NCBI GenBank assembly: GCA_043821645.1
Contig: JBDRCO010000070.1
Location: 1-64,000 of the forward strand
Reading direction: 5' to 3'
DNA length: 64,000 bases
DNA from: Pseudomonadota bacterium
Lineage (GTDB): Bacteria; Myxococcota; JACRCW01; JAFGSX01
A program made the position numbers and the translations under genes. The stretch's first letter is position 1. Every line of letters starts with the position of its first letter. Shown one piece after another: positions 19,905 to 28,703 of the stretch. A model generated the notes under the pieces. That model was not told the origin of the DNA, ran no database searches, and saw only the letters and a program-made list of their open reading frames with translations.

Positions 19905-22406
19905 ATGCGATCTCAGACGAGCCGGGCGGCTCAAGCTGCACTGGGTCTGCTGGCTGCGGGCGTGCTTCTCGCGTGCCCGGCCGGAGTCGCGCCACCGGGG
20001 CAGTTCGAGTTTGCCTGTGCAAACGACAGCGCCTGCGCGCCGGGCTATGCGTGCGTCGACGGGCTCTGCCAGCCAAGCGGGACCGTGTCTGTGCAGGACG
20101 CGGCGACGCTGGACGCTGCCGGGCGCGAGCGCAGCAGCGCGGACCTCGCCACCTCGGATGCCACCTGGACGGACCTGCCTGCGCTGGACCGCGCGGCCAC
20201 CGACGGTGGCACACCCGACGGATCCGGGACCGACGCTCCGCGCGACGCCACCGCCGCCTGGGACCTTGTTGCTGTCGACAGCGCGAGGTCGGATGCCACC
20301 CCGGGTGATGTGACCGCGACGGACCACCCTGCCGTTGACGCGCTGGGCACCGACGCCAGCAGCTCCGACACGGGCGACGCCGATGCCGGCGTGTCCTGCC
20401 CCGCGGACTGGTGGAACTGCGACTGGTCGAGCCGGCTCAAGCTGACCTTTGACAACAGCCAGCAGGGCGAGAACCTCGATGACTTCCCGGTACTGGTCCA
20501 CCTGACCCGCCACCGTGTCGACATGGACAACACTGCCGGAGGCGGCGCGGATCTGCGCTTTGTCGAACCGCAGAGTCGGCAGGTGCTCCCCCACGAGATC
20601 GAGCGCTGGGTCGACGGCCAGGAAGCGTGGGTCTGGGTCCGGGTGCCGCGCATTCATGCCAGCTCGACCACGGACCACATCTGGATGTACCACGACAACC
20701 CCATGGCCGCGGACGCCCAGGCGAACGCCGCGGTCTGGTCCCAGGGTTACCGGGCAGTCTGGCATCTGGCTGGTCCCGCGGTGTCGTCGATCGCCTTGCC
20801 CGGGACCAATCCCACCACCGATCTCCGCAGCAGCGGCAGCGAGGGCTTCATTGGCCGCGGGCTGAGCCTGGACGGCGTGGACGATCGCCTGCTGCTCACG
20901 GCCAGCGACGCGGTGCTTGGCAGCCTGAGCGACATGACCATCAGTGCCTGGGTGCGCCGGGACGAGACCGGCAATGGCTGGCGAGGCATCGTCTCTGCGC
21001 GCCACGTGGGCGAGGAGGACTTCACGGCAGGGAACTTCGTGTTCCAGGGCAATGCCGACAGCTTTGGCATGGAAAACAACCAGCCCTTTCCCAGTGACTG
21101 GCGCGCCGAGCTTGCCACCCCACGGCAGTGGCACCTGCTGACCGTGGTGGTCGACGCGGTGGGTGACCGCGGCCTGCTCTACCTGGACGGTCGCGAGGTG
21201 CTGCGCGATGACAGCGCGACCACCCCGACCTGGCTCGACCAGGACGAGGTGCGCATCGGTGCGCGCTGGCACCACGGCAGCGAGCAGGACTACCTGTCCG
21301 GTGCCCTCGACGAGGTGCGCGTGGCCCACCTGGCGCGCTCCGCCGCCTGGGTGCGCGCCCAGTACCTGGCCCAGTCCGACGCTCTGATCCGTTACGGCGA
21401 GGAGCCCTGGCTACAGCCTGACCACGGCCACCGCGTGAAGCTGCTGCTGGTCAGCGCCGCGCAGCAGGAGAACCTGTACGACTTCCCGGTGCTGGTGACC
21501 CTCGACGGCAGCGTGGTGAACCCGCTGCTGGTCCAGGGCGGCGGCGAGGACCTGCGCTTTCTGGACGCCGACGGCAGTCCCCTGGCACACCAGCTCGACG
21601 ACTGGAACCCGGGGGGCACCTCGCAGGTCTGGGTGCGGGTACCGCAGGTCAACGCCTACAACACCACGGACCACCTGTGGCTGTACTACGACAGCCCCCT
21701 GGCGCCAGGAGCTGAGGACGAGAGCGCGGTGTGGAGCGACGCCTACATCGGCGTATGGCACCTGGACGACATGGCCGACAGCACGGTGCACGCCAACCAG
21801 GCGACCGATCATGGCAGCATGCCAGCTGCGGGCCAGGTCGGTGGCGCTCGCGACATCGACGACGACGGCAACGAGATGCGCATCCAGATTGCGGACAGCG
21901 CGAGCCTCGACGAGGTGCAGGACGAGCTCACCACCTCGCTGTGGATGTACCGGCAGAATAATCAGTCCAGCTGGGCCTGCGGCATGGCCCGGGAGATGGG
22001 CACCGGCGGTCTTAACATCTTCTGGCTGGGCTTCACCAACAATGAGTACATGTTCATCACCTCGCGCAGCGGCGCCGAGCAGCGCCTGTCCACGCCCGCG
22101 CTCGGTCCGCCCCAGGGTGAATGGACCTTTGTCGCCGGCACCTACAACAGCCGCAAGATGCGCATCTTTGCCAATGGCGTCGAGGTCGCGGTGATAGACC
22201 GGGTCGGGGTGCTGCCGCCCGATGACAACCCGCTTTCGCTCGGCGGCGACACCAACGACCACGGTGGTTCGTGGGGCGAGCAGCCCGAGGCGGTGCTCGA
22301 TGAGGCTCGGCTGCAGAACGTCGCCCGAAGTCACGCCTGGATGCTGGCTGAGTACGGGTCCATGACCGACGCCCTGCTCCTCTTCGACACCCCGCAGCAG
22401 CACTAG
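19905..22406 (+). CDS. Lipoprotein with two tandem DUF2341 + LamG/concanavalin-A-like modules
   Basis: Lipobox VLLAC; CANDSACAPGYACVDGLC; duplicated ENL.DFPVLV...GG.DLRF...WVRVP...TTDH.W.Y...AVWS...VWHL...LDE.R...RS.AW. Start at ATG 19905. Confidence 0.85.
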   Translation: MRSQTSRAAQAALGLLAAGVLLACPAGVAPPGQFEFACANDSACAPGYACVDGLCQPSGTVSVQDAATLDAAGRERSSADLATSDATWTDLPALDRAATDGGTPDGSGTDAPRDATAAWDLVAVDSARSDATPGDVTATDHPAVDALGTDASSSDTGDADAGVSCPADWWNCDWSSRLKLTFDNSQQGENLDDFPVLVHLTRHRVDMDNTAGGGADLRFVEPQSRQVLPHEIERWVDGQEAWVWVRVPRIHASSTTDHIWMYHDNPMAADAQANAAVWSQGYRAVWHLAGPAVSSIALPGTNPTTDLRSSGSEGFIGRGLSLDGVDDRLLLTASDAVLGSLSDMTISAWVRRDETGNGWRGIVSARHVGEEDFTAGNFVFQGNADSFGMENNQPFPSDWRAELATPRQWHLLTVVVDAVGDRGLLYLDGREVLRDDSATTPTWLDQDEVRIGARWHHGSEQDYLSGALDEVRVAHLARSAAWVRAQYLAQSDALIRYGEEPWLQPDHGHRVKLLLVSAAQQENLYDFPVLVTLDGSVVNPLLVQGGGEDLRFLDADGSPLAHQLDDWNPGGTSQVWVRVPQVNAYNTTDHLWLYYDSPLAPGAEDESAVWSDAYIGVWHLDDMADSTVHANQATDHGSMPAAGQVGGARDIDDDGNEMRIQIADSASLDEVQDELTTSLWMYRQNNQSSWACGMAREMGTGGLNIFWLGFTNNEYMFITSRSGAEQRLSTPALGPPQGEWTFVAGTYNSRKMRIFANGVEVAVIDRVGVLPPDDNPLSLGGDTNDHGGSWGEQPEAVLDEARLQNVARSHAWMLAEYGSMTDALLLFDTPQQH

Positions 22407-22445
22407 CGACGTCCTCCCGCACCCGGGTCCGCTGCCGTCCCTGCA

Positions 22446-22935
22446 ATGCTCGCCGCCAAAGACCCTCACCTCGCCGGAGGTTTCGCACAGCATGCGCTTG
22501 TTGCCCTCCGTGTAACCTGCGTGTGGACAGTTCTCGTCGCTGCTTGCCCTGGCTCGAGTCACGTCTCCGATGCCAGTGTCGCCGTCGACGGCAGCGCCAC
22601 TCACATGACCTGGCACTCATCCATCCCCTGGGCGGGACCTGGCAACAGGTCTCAAGCTCGCTGGCACCAGGTGGCGCAGTCGAGAATTCCACGACGTGCG
22701 ACGAGCGCATGCACAGCGTCGTGTTCAAGGTCACGCAGATTTTGGTGCCACCACGACGAGGACTCGGTGCCCACACTCTCAGCGACGAGCCGGGCTCCCC
22801 GCCGCCCTGGCCGCGCGACGCCGGAGGAAATACCACGGCACCCTCGACACCAACCGGCGCCTGTTGTGGATGGTCGGAGACGGGCGGGTCCTCATCGACG
22901 ACATCGTTCAGGCGAGCTCTGTCTCCGACGCCTGA
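22446..22935 (+). pseudogene. Probable decayed Kelch-like repeat lipoprotein gene
   Basis: Protein-like fragments lie in three frames: lipobox TVLVAACPG + DASVAVDG; HDLALIHPLGGTWQQVSSSLAPG; HGTLDTNRRLLWMVG. GGAGG followed by ATG 22492 hits an early stop. Confidence 0.4.
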
Positions 22936-22993
22936 ATGACGACGAGAGGGACTCCCTGAACGCCTCGTCACGAAGCCCGCGGCGCACCCGACT

Positions 22994-23665
22994 TCACCTG
23001 CTCGCAGCCAGCGTGTTGATGTCCGAGTTTTCGAGAAACTTCTTGTCCGAGCCTTCGCGGACGACCCGGATCATCGCGCGCCCCACGCGCTCCGTCGTGG
23101 TCACCATGCGGGGCAGGGTGCGGTCGAACAGCGGAAACAGCGGACCGAGCACCGCGTACACCGCGCGGTACGCCGCCGTCTTGGAGCGGATGCCGCGCAG
23201 CGGCTGGATGAAACCAGGTCTGAACATGTAGGCTGCGCCAAAGGGCATGGCGAGCAAGCGGTTCTCGACCTCACCCTTGACCCGAGCCCACATCATGCGG
23301 CTCGTGCCGGTGTCGTCGGAGCCGGTGCCGGATACGTAGATGAAGCACAAACCAGGGTTGAGCCGGAGCAAAACCTCGGCGGCTGCCAGGGTGAAGTCGC
23401 TGGTGATACGCCTGTACGTGTCCTCGCTCATCCCGGCAGCGGACACACCCAGGCAGAAGAAACATGCATCGAGCCCGGCCAGCCTGTTCTCGACGGTGGA
23501 GTAGTCCAGGAAGTCCTGATGCAAGACTTCCTCGAGCTTGGGGTGCGTGACACCACAGCTGCTTCGGCCTACCACCAGGACACGGCGGACCTCGGCCTGA
23601 TCCAGGCACTCGAGCAGCACCCCCTGCCCCACCATGCCACTGGCCCCGAAGATCACGACACGCAT
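22994..23665 (-). CDS. NAD(P)-binding Rossmann oxidoreductase/epimerase (atypical SDR)
   Basis: VIFGASGMVG, DACFFCLG, YVSG, WARVKGEVE, FRPGFIQP. Confidence 0.9.
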   Translation of the reverse strand: MRVVIFGASGMVGQGVLLECLDQAEVRRVLVVGRSSCGVTHPKLEEVLHQDFLDYSTVENRLAGLDACFFCLGVSAAGMSEDTYRRITSDFTLAAAEVLLRLNPGLCFIYVSGTGSDDTGTSRMMWARVKGEVENRLLAMPFGAAYMFRPGFIQPLRGIRSKTAAYRAVYAVLGPLFPLFDRTLPRMVTTTERVGRAMIRVVREGSDKKFLENSDINTLAASR

Positions 23666-23789
23666 GCTTGGCCTCCGACTCCTTGGTTGAACAGGTGGCA
23701 GGCACCGGGCCGCGAGCAGTCTCGGGGAAGGTCAGCGCCTGCGCAGTGAGCCAGGCACCTGTCTGGCACTCCAGCAGCCCGCCCCGTCG

Positions 23790-24101
23790 TCATGATCGTG
23801 GTCGGCCGTGGTACAGCGCCCGGTGCGAGGCACAGTCACAGTTCTTGTTCATCGGATCCGGGCAAGCGCGAATGAGCGCCAAGGCGGCGTCGCCCTCTGC
23901 CTTGTCGAGGGCAGGCAACAAGCTGACCTCGTCGTCGCCCAGAAAATGGTCGTGATAGGCCTCGACCGTGTAGTGCTGGCACTGCGCGCAGAAGAGGTAC
24001 GTATAGATGACCTCGTCGCCCATCACGGAGATGGCGATCCCGGCTCTGGCCTCGTCGACCAGAGGAGCCTGACAGCACAGGCAGTGGGTTGGCAGCGGCA
24101 T
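23790..24101 (-). CDS. Small Cys/His-rich putative zinc-binding protein
   Basis: CLCC, CAQC and C-terminal CPDPMNKNCDCASH; 103 aa; divergent from the kinase pair. Confidence 0.7.
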   Translation of the reverse strand: MPLPTHCLCCQAPLVDEARAGIAISVMGDEVIYTYLFCAQCQHYTVEAYHDHFLGDDEVSLLPALDKAEGDAALALIRACPDPMNKNCDCASHRALYHGRPRS

Positions 24102-24303
24102 CGCGGCGACCTCATACGAGCGTGTCGGGAGTATACCCCTGGCACAGACGGGCTGGCACCCCGGCTGGGGCCGTTTCCCCGTACACGGTTGAGTACGTCT
24201 GCCCGCTGGGAACAGGGAACGCGTCCCTGCTGCATCCCGCCTGCCCCACTGTCATCTCCGCACCGACCAGATCGCGGAGTCCCGGGATGCGTTATAAAGA
24301 CCC

Positions 24304-26730
24304 ATGGACAGCAGCGTCATGCAGGGCAGCCCCGCCCCCATGGGCTTTCGAGATGTCTCCCTGTGCGGACGGGGTGCCACCAGTCTGGTCTTCCGGGCCA
24401 CCGATGTGCGCAGCGGAAAGTTGGTCGCCCTCAAGCGCTTGCACCGGCAGCTGGTGCAAGACGGCGAGGCCCTGGCGCGACTGCGGCGGGAGCTGAAGGC
24501 CCTGGACCAGGTCGAACATCCGGGTGTCGTCCGCGTGCACGATGTGGTCCGCTGGGATGGCGAACCCACCCTGGTCATGGACTTCATCGAGGGCGAGGAC
24601 CTGAAGGAACGCCTGGTGCGCGACGGTCCCCTGGCCGTCGACGAGGCCCTGCGCATCGCGCGCTGGCTGCTCGAGGTGCTGTCGAACGTGCATGCTCGGG
24701 GTATCGTGCACCGCGACATCAAGCCGCAGAACATTCGCCTCGACCGCGACAGGGGCCTGCACCTGCTGGACTTTGGTTCGGCCCGTCTGGACGCGGCCTC
24801 GCAGCTGACCACCACGGGCTCGACCGTGGGCACACCCGAGTACATGGCGCCGGAGCTGTTCGCGGGCTCGGTGTACGACCCGCGCGTCGACCTCTACGGC
24901 GCCGGCGCCACGCTGTACGAGTGCCTGTGCGGCGAACCACCCCAGGTTGCGGACAGCCTGGCCGAGCTGGCCCGCGTGCGCCAGGGCGAGGACATCCTCC
25001 CTGTCCAGCAGCGACGCCTGGACATGGATGCGGCCCTGGCAGGCGTGATCGATCGCTGCTTGAAGCGCGCCCCCGAGGATCGCTTCGCGTCGGCAAGCCT
25101 GGCCCTGTGGGCACTCAAGAACCCCGAACAGGCGGCTCACCTCGGTCGGCAGCGCGATCGACGCCCGCCCTGCTTGCACTGCGGTACAGCCATCGCTGCT
25201 AGCAGCCGCCGCTGCCCGAGCTGCCGCAGGCCGTCGCCCTTCCGCTACCTGGCCGGGCCCTGCCACGTCGAACTGGAGACGGTCAAGGATGCGCCTGGAC
25301 TCATTGCCTTCCTGGTCGAGCAGGCACCTGAACTCGGTGCTCCGACCTCGCTGCTCACCCTTTCCGAGCACTGCGCTGCGCTGTCCTTCGCGCGGCAACG
25401 CCTGCTGTCCTATGTCGACCGCGCCCAGGCTGTGGCCCTGGTTCGTGCGCTTCAGCGCATCGGGGCCAACGCGCGCGTGGTGGACGAGCCTCGGATGACG
25501 CCCGCGATCACCATCGTGCTCGGCCTGCTGTTGCTGATGACGGGAGTGCTGTTTCTCCCCGTGCTGATGCTCTACGCCCTGTGGAGGGTGATGCGCTGGC
25601 AGGACGCGCGCAGCGCCCTGCTGGCGAGAACCTGGCGACGCAAGGCGGTGTGGCCGTCGCTGAGCTCCACGGTCTGGATAGGGGTGGCCGCTGTCGTCTT
25701 GTTCCAGACCCTGCGCATAGGCTGGACCTCCATGGTCGGCGAGGACGCCTCGGGCCTGAGTCTGGCCTGGTCGAGCGTGTTTCTCTCCCTGGTCGGGTTG
25801 TGCACGGTGAGCAGCATCGTGCGCCTGGGTCGAGGCCGCCTGGCCGCCAGCCCCGAGCCAGAGCCGTCCCAACAACTGCGCCAGCACCTCAAGCCATGGC
25901 GCGGAGCGTCCGATCGCGAACCTGCGGCACCCCGACGCACCAGCGGTGTCGTGTACGCAGCTTTCGTGGTGCTGTTCTGTTCCCTGGTACCCATCGAGGT
26001 GCTGATCTTGTTCCGGACTTCGGAGCGCATCGAGGGATGGCGCGCTACCGAGGTCTCGAGCGTGCTCCACCACAACAAGCGGACTGGTGCGGGCGAAAAC
26101 CGACGCGCGCCGCCGCCCGGGCAAGCGCCAGACAGTGCCACGGGTACGGCTTCACGCCGACGAACAGACCCGGCAGTGGCTGATTCAGAAAGGTCCGATG
26201 CCCCCGGCGTGACGTCGACGGCAGCAGCGTCCGTGTCGCTGCGCGAGGCCGCGCTCGTGGTCCTGCCTCCCCTCGCTGCCCTGACAGTGCTCGCCTTGTT
26301 GCTTCGTCGGCGCGGAGCCATGCGGCGCGATGGCGCCGCGATCTATGCCGAGCTCGATCTGCCAAGGTTGCAGCACCTGGCGGCACGCCAGTGGCCCCAC
26401 CGCAGCAGCAACCGCACGCTGCGCGCCAGCTATCAGCAACAGCTCGAGTCCAGCACCCGTGCTGACGGGTTCGCCCGCGAAGCAGAGCGCCGGGCTGCAG
26501 ACCTACTCCCCGTACTTTCTACCGCGAGTGCTTCCAGTCTGCTGGCCGCACTGGACGCCGTGCAGGATGCGCACGGCACTCCGATGGCACGACGCGCCTT
26601 GCTCGATCGCTGCGTGCTCGACACCCAGCCCGACCAGGCAATTCGCTTGCGCCTGCTCGAGCTCGAAGGCCGTCTTGAAGCCGAGGCGGCGCAGGCCCTG
26701 TTCCTGCGGGAGCGCGGGAGTGACGCGTGA
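24304..26730 (+). CDS. Membrane Ser/Thr protein kinase (kinase, Zn ribbon, L7/L12-CTD-like domain, multiple TM, helical C-terminus)
   Basis: VALKRL, HRDIKPQN, DFG, GTPEYMAPE; CLHC...CPSC; about 5 hydrophobic segments. Confidence 0.92.
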   Translation: MDSSVMQGSPAPMGFRDVSLCGRGATSLVFRATDVRSGKLVALKRLHRQLVQDGEALARLRRELKALDQVEHPGVVRVHDVVRWDGEPTLVMDFIEGEDLKERLVRDGPLAVDEALRIARWLLEVLSNVHARGIVHRDIKPQNIRLDRDRGLHLLDFGSARLDAASQLTTTGSTVGTPEYMAPELFAGSVYDPRVDLYGAGATLYECLCGEPPQVADSLAELARVRQGEDILPVQQRRLDMDAALAGVIDRCLKRAPEDRFASASLALWALKNPEQAAHLGRQRDRRPPCLHCGTAIAASSRRCPSCRRPSPFRYLAGPCHVELETVKDAPGLIAFLVEQAPELGAPTSLLTLSEHCAALSFARQRLLSYVDRAQAVALVRALQRIGANARVVDEPRMTPAITIVLGLLLLMTGVLFLPVLMLYALWRVMRWQDARSALLARTWRRKAVWPSLSSTVWIGVAAVVLFQTLRIGWTSMVGEDASGLSLAWSSVFLSLVGLCTVSSIVRLGRGRLAASPEPEPSQQLRQHLKPWRGASDREPAAPRRTSGVVYAAFVVLFCSLVPIEVLILFRTSERIEGWRATEVSSVLHHNKRTGAGENRRAPPPGQAPDSATGTASRRRTDPAVADSERSDAPGVTSTAAASVSLREAALVVLPPLAALTVLALLLRRRGAMRRDGAAIYAELDLPRLQHLAARQWPHRSSNRTLRASYQQQLESSTRADGFAREAERRAADLLPVLSTASASSLLAALDAVQDAHGTPMARRALLDRCVLDTQPDQAIRLRLLELEGRLEAEAAQALFLRERGSDA

Positions 26731-28598
26731 GCCAGGAGCCCGATCAGACGGTGCTCCGCGCCGCAGGCCTGCGCATCGCACCTGGACAGCAGCTCCTCGA
26801 CCGCTACCAGGTGCTCGAGCAGGTGGCCGACGGTGCTAGCGCCAGCGTGCTGCGGGCCCGGGACCTGCACACCGAGCGGGTCGTCGCCCTCAAGCTGTTC
26901 GACCCCTTGCGCAGCGGAGACCCTGTGGGCCGTGCTCGCCTGCTGCGGGAGTTCGAGATCCTGGTTCAGCTGGATCATCCGCACATCGCCCACAGCGTGC
27001 GCCTGGAGCGTCTGGACGACGTCGACATCATGGTCATGGAGTTCCTCGAGGGCGAGACTCTGGCATCGAGGTTGCGACGGGGACCCCTGTCCCCGCTCGA
27101 GGTCACCCAGGTCGCACAGCACATCGGCAGCGCCCTCGAGGCCTGCCACGGCGCGGGCGTCCTGCATCGGGATCTCAAGCCTGCAAACGTCATGCTGCAC
27201 CCCGAGCGCGGCGCCGTGGTGCTGGACTTCGGGGTCGCCTGGTTGACCGGTGCTGCCACCTTGACCCGCACCGGCGCCCTCATCGGAACGCCTCAATACA
27301 TGGCGCCAGAGGTCTTCGAGTCGACGCTCCTCGACGCGCGCAGCGACCTGTATGCCCTGGGCGCGATGATCTACGAGATGCTTGCCGGGCGCCCGTTGCG
27401 CGTCGAGGACAGCGTCGCGGCCCTGCTCGCCAGCGGCTTCGACGACTCGGCGCCACCCTTGTCGACGCTGCGCAGCGACCTGCCAGCAAGCCTGGTACAG
27501 ACCGTCGAGAGCTGCATTGCCAGGCTCCCGGCGCGGCGCCCGGCCAGCGCCAAAGAATTCCTGCGTCTGCTGCGTGACGGACAGGCCGTGGATGCCCCTG
27601 TCCTCGAAACACATATCCGCTGCCAGTCGTGCAGCACCCCCATGGTCATCGATCTGCCCTTCTGTCCGGGTTGCGGCCTGGGCTTCGACTGGGAGCTGAG
27701 CCCGGGCCGCTTTGCCGTGCAGCTGGATCACGTGGAAGAGCCAGGTCGGGTGGCCCGATTCCTCGGGGACCGCTATGCCGCCGCACTCGGAACAAGCGTG
27801 GAACGCGCGCGCACGCGGCTCGCGCACACTCCAGTGCCGCTGATCACCGGTGCCTCCGAGGTCACCGCCGAGCAGCTGGCTTCCGAGATGCGACACCTGG
27901 GCTGCCGGGCGCACGTGGTCCGCGCCAGGCGCATCCTGGGTGCACGAGTGCGCGCCAGCGCCGCCACCCCGGCGGAGATGGCGGGGGCCGCGATTTTGCA
28001 CCTCGCTGCAGTCGCGTTGGTGGGGCTTGCCATGCTCGTCCTCGGGGCTCAGCTCTCCATGGTCGCACCCCTCCCGGCGGTCCTGGCCGTCTTCGGCGTT
28101 GCTCTGGCCACGGCCTACGCCCGACGACCCTTGCTGAAAGCCCTCCCGGGAACAGCGAGGACAGCCTCTGACCGTCGCAGCCAATCCGTGCAGCAGAGCT
28201 TGCGCAGTCTCGACGGTGAGCGTGCCAGGCACCTCGCCGCTTCAGTGGTGGTACGTGCCGCCCCCCTCTTTTCTCCGGGCCGCAACGCCGTGGCCACGAC
28301 GCTGCGTGACGACGTGATCGACCTCCTCGACCAGGCCCTGATCCAGGTGGCCATCGTGGACAGCCAGAGCCAGCTGCTTCAATCGCGCTCGCGCTCGCGC
28401 TTGCTGGCCCAGATCGCCGAGGCTCAGGCCCAGTGCGATCGCGGCGACAGCGACGCCATCGCCCGCCTGGCCGAGCTGGAGCAAGAAAAACACGACCTGG
28501 TCCAGACCTCGCTCGCTCACGACGTGGCGGTGGCTGAGGTCCTCGAGCTGAGTACGCGCGTCAGTGGCCTGATGCGGGATGCGTCGCCAGCCCCGTGA
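26727..28598 (+). CDS. Membrane Ser/Thr protein kinase, paralog of the upstream gene
   Basis: GTGA overlap with the upstream stop; VALKLF, HRDLKPAN, DFG, GTPQYMAPE; CQSC...CPGC; 2 TM; coiled-coil-like C-terminus. Confidence 0.92.
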   Translation: MSQEPDQTVLRAAGLRIAPGQQLLDRYQVLEQVADGASASVLRARDLHTERVVALKLFDPLRSGDPVGRARLLREFEILVQLDHPHIAHSVRLERLDDVDIMVMEFLEGETLASRLRRGPLSPLEVTQVAQHIGSALEACHGAGVLHRDLKPANVMLHPERGAVVLDFGVAWLTGAATLTRTGALIGTPQYMAPEVFESTLLDARSDLYALGAMIYEMLAGRPLRVEDSVAALLASGFDDSAPPLSTLRSDLPASLVQTVESCIARLPARRPASAKEFLRLLRDGQAVDAPVLETHIRCQSCSTPMVIDLPFCPGCGLGFDWELSPGRFAVQLDHVEEPGRVARFLGDRYAAALGTSVERARTRLAHTPVPLITGASEVTAEQLASEMRHLGCRAHVVRARRILGARVRASAATPAEMAGAAILHLAAVALVGLAMLVLGAQLSMVAPLPAVLAVFGVALATAYARRPLLKALPGTARTASDRRSQSVQQSLRSLDGERARHLAASVVVRAAPLFSPGRNAVATTLRDDVIDLLDQALIQVAIVDSQSQLLQSRSRSRLLAQIAEAQAQCDRGDSDAIARLAELEQEKHDLVQTSLAHDVAVAEVLELSTRVSGLMRDASPAP

Positions 28599-28703
28599 TG
28601 AAACAGCGACACCTGGTCGGTCAACATGCTCGTGCAGCGAGGGCGTCGACGCAGGCACAACCTCGTCGGTGGGTGCTTCTCGCCAGCAAGCGCCGGGTCA
28701 CCG

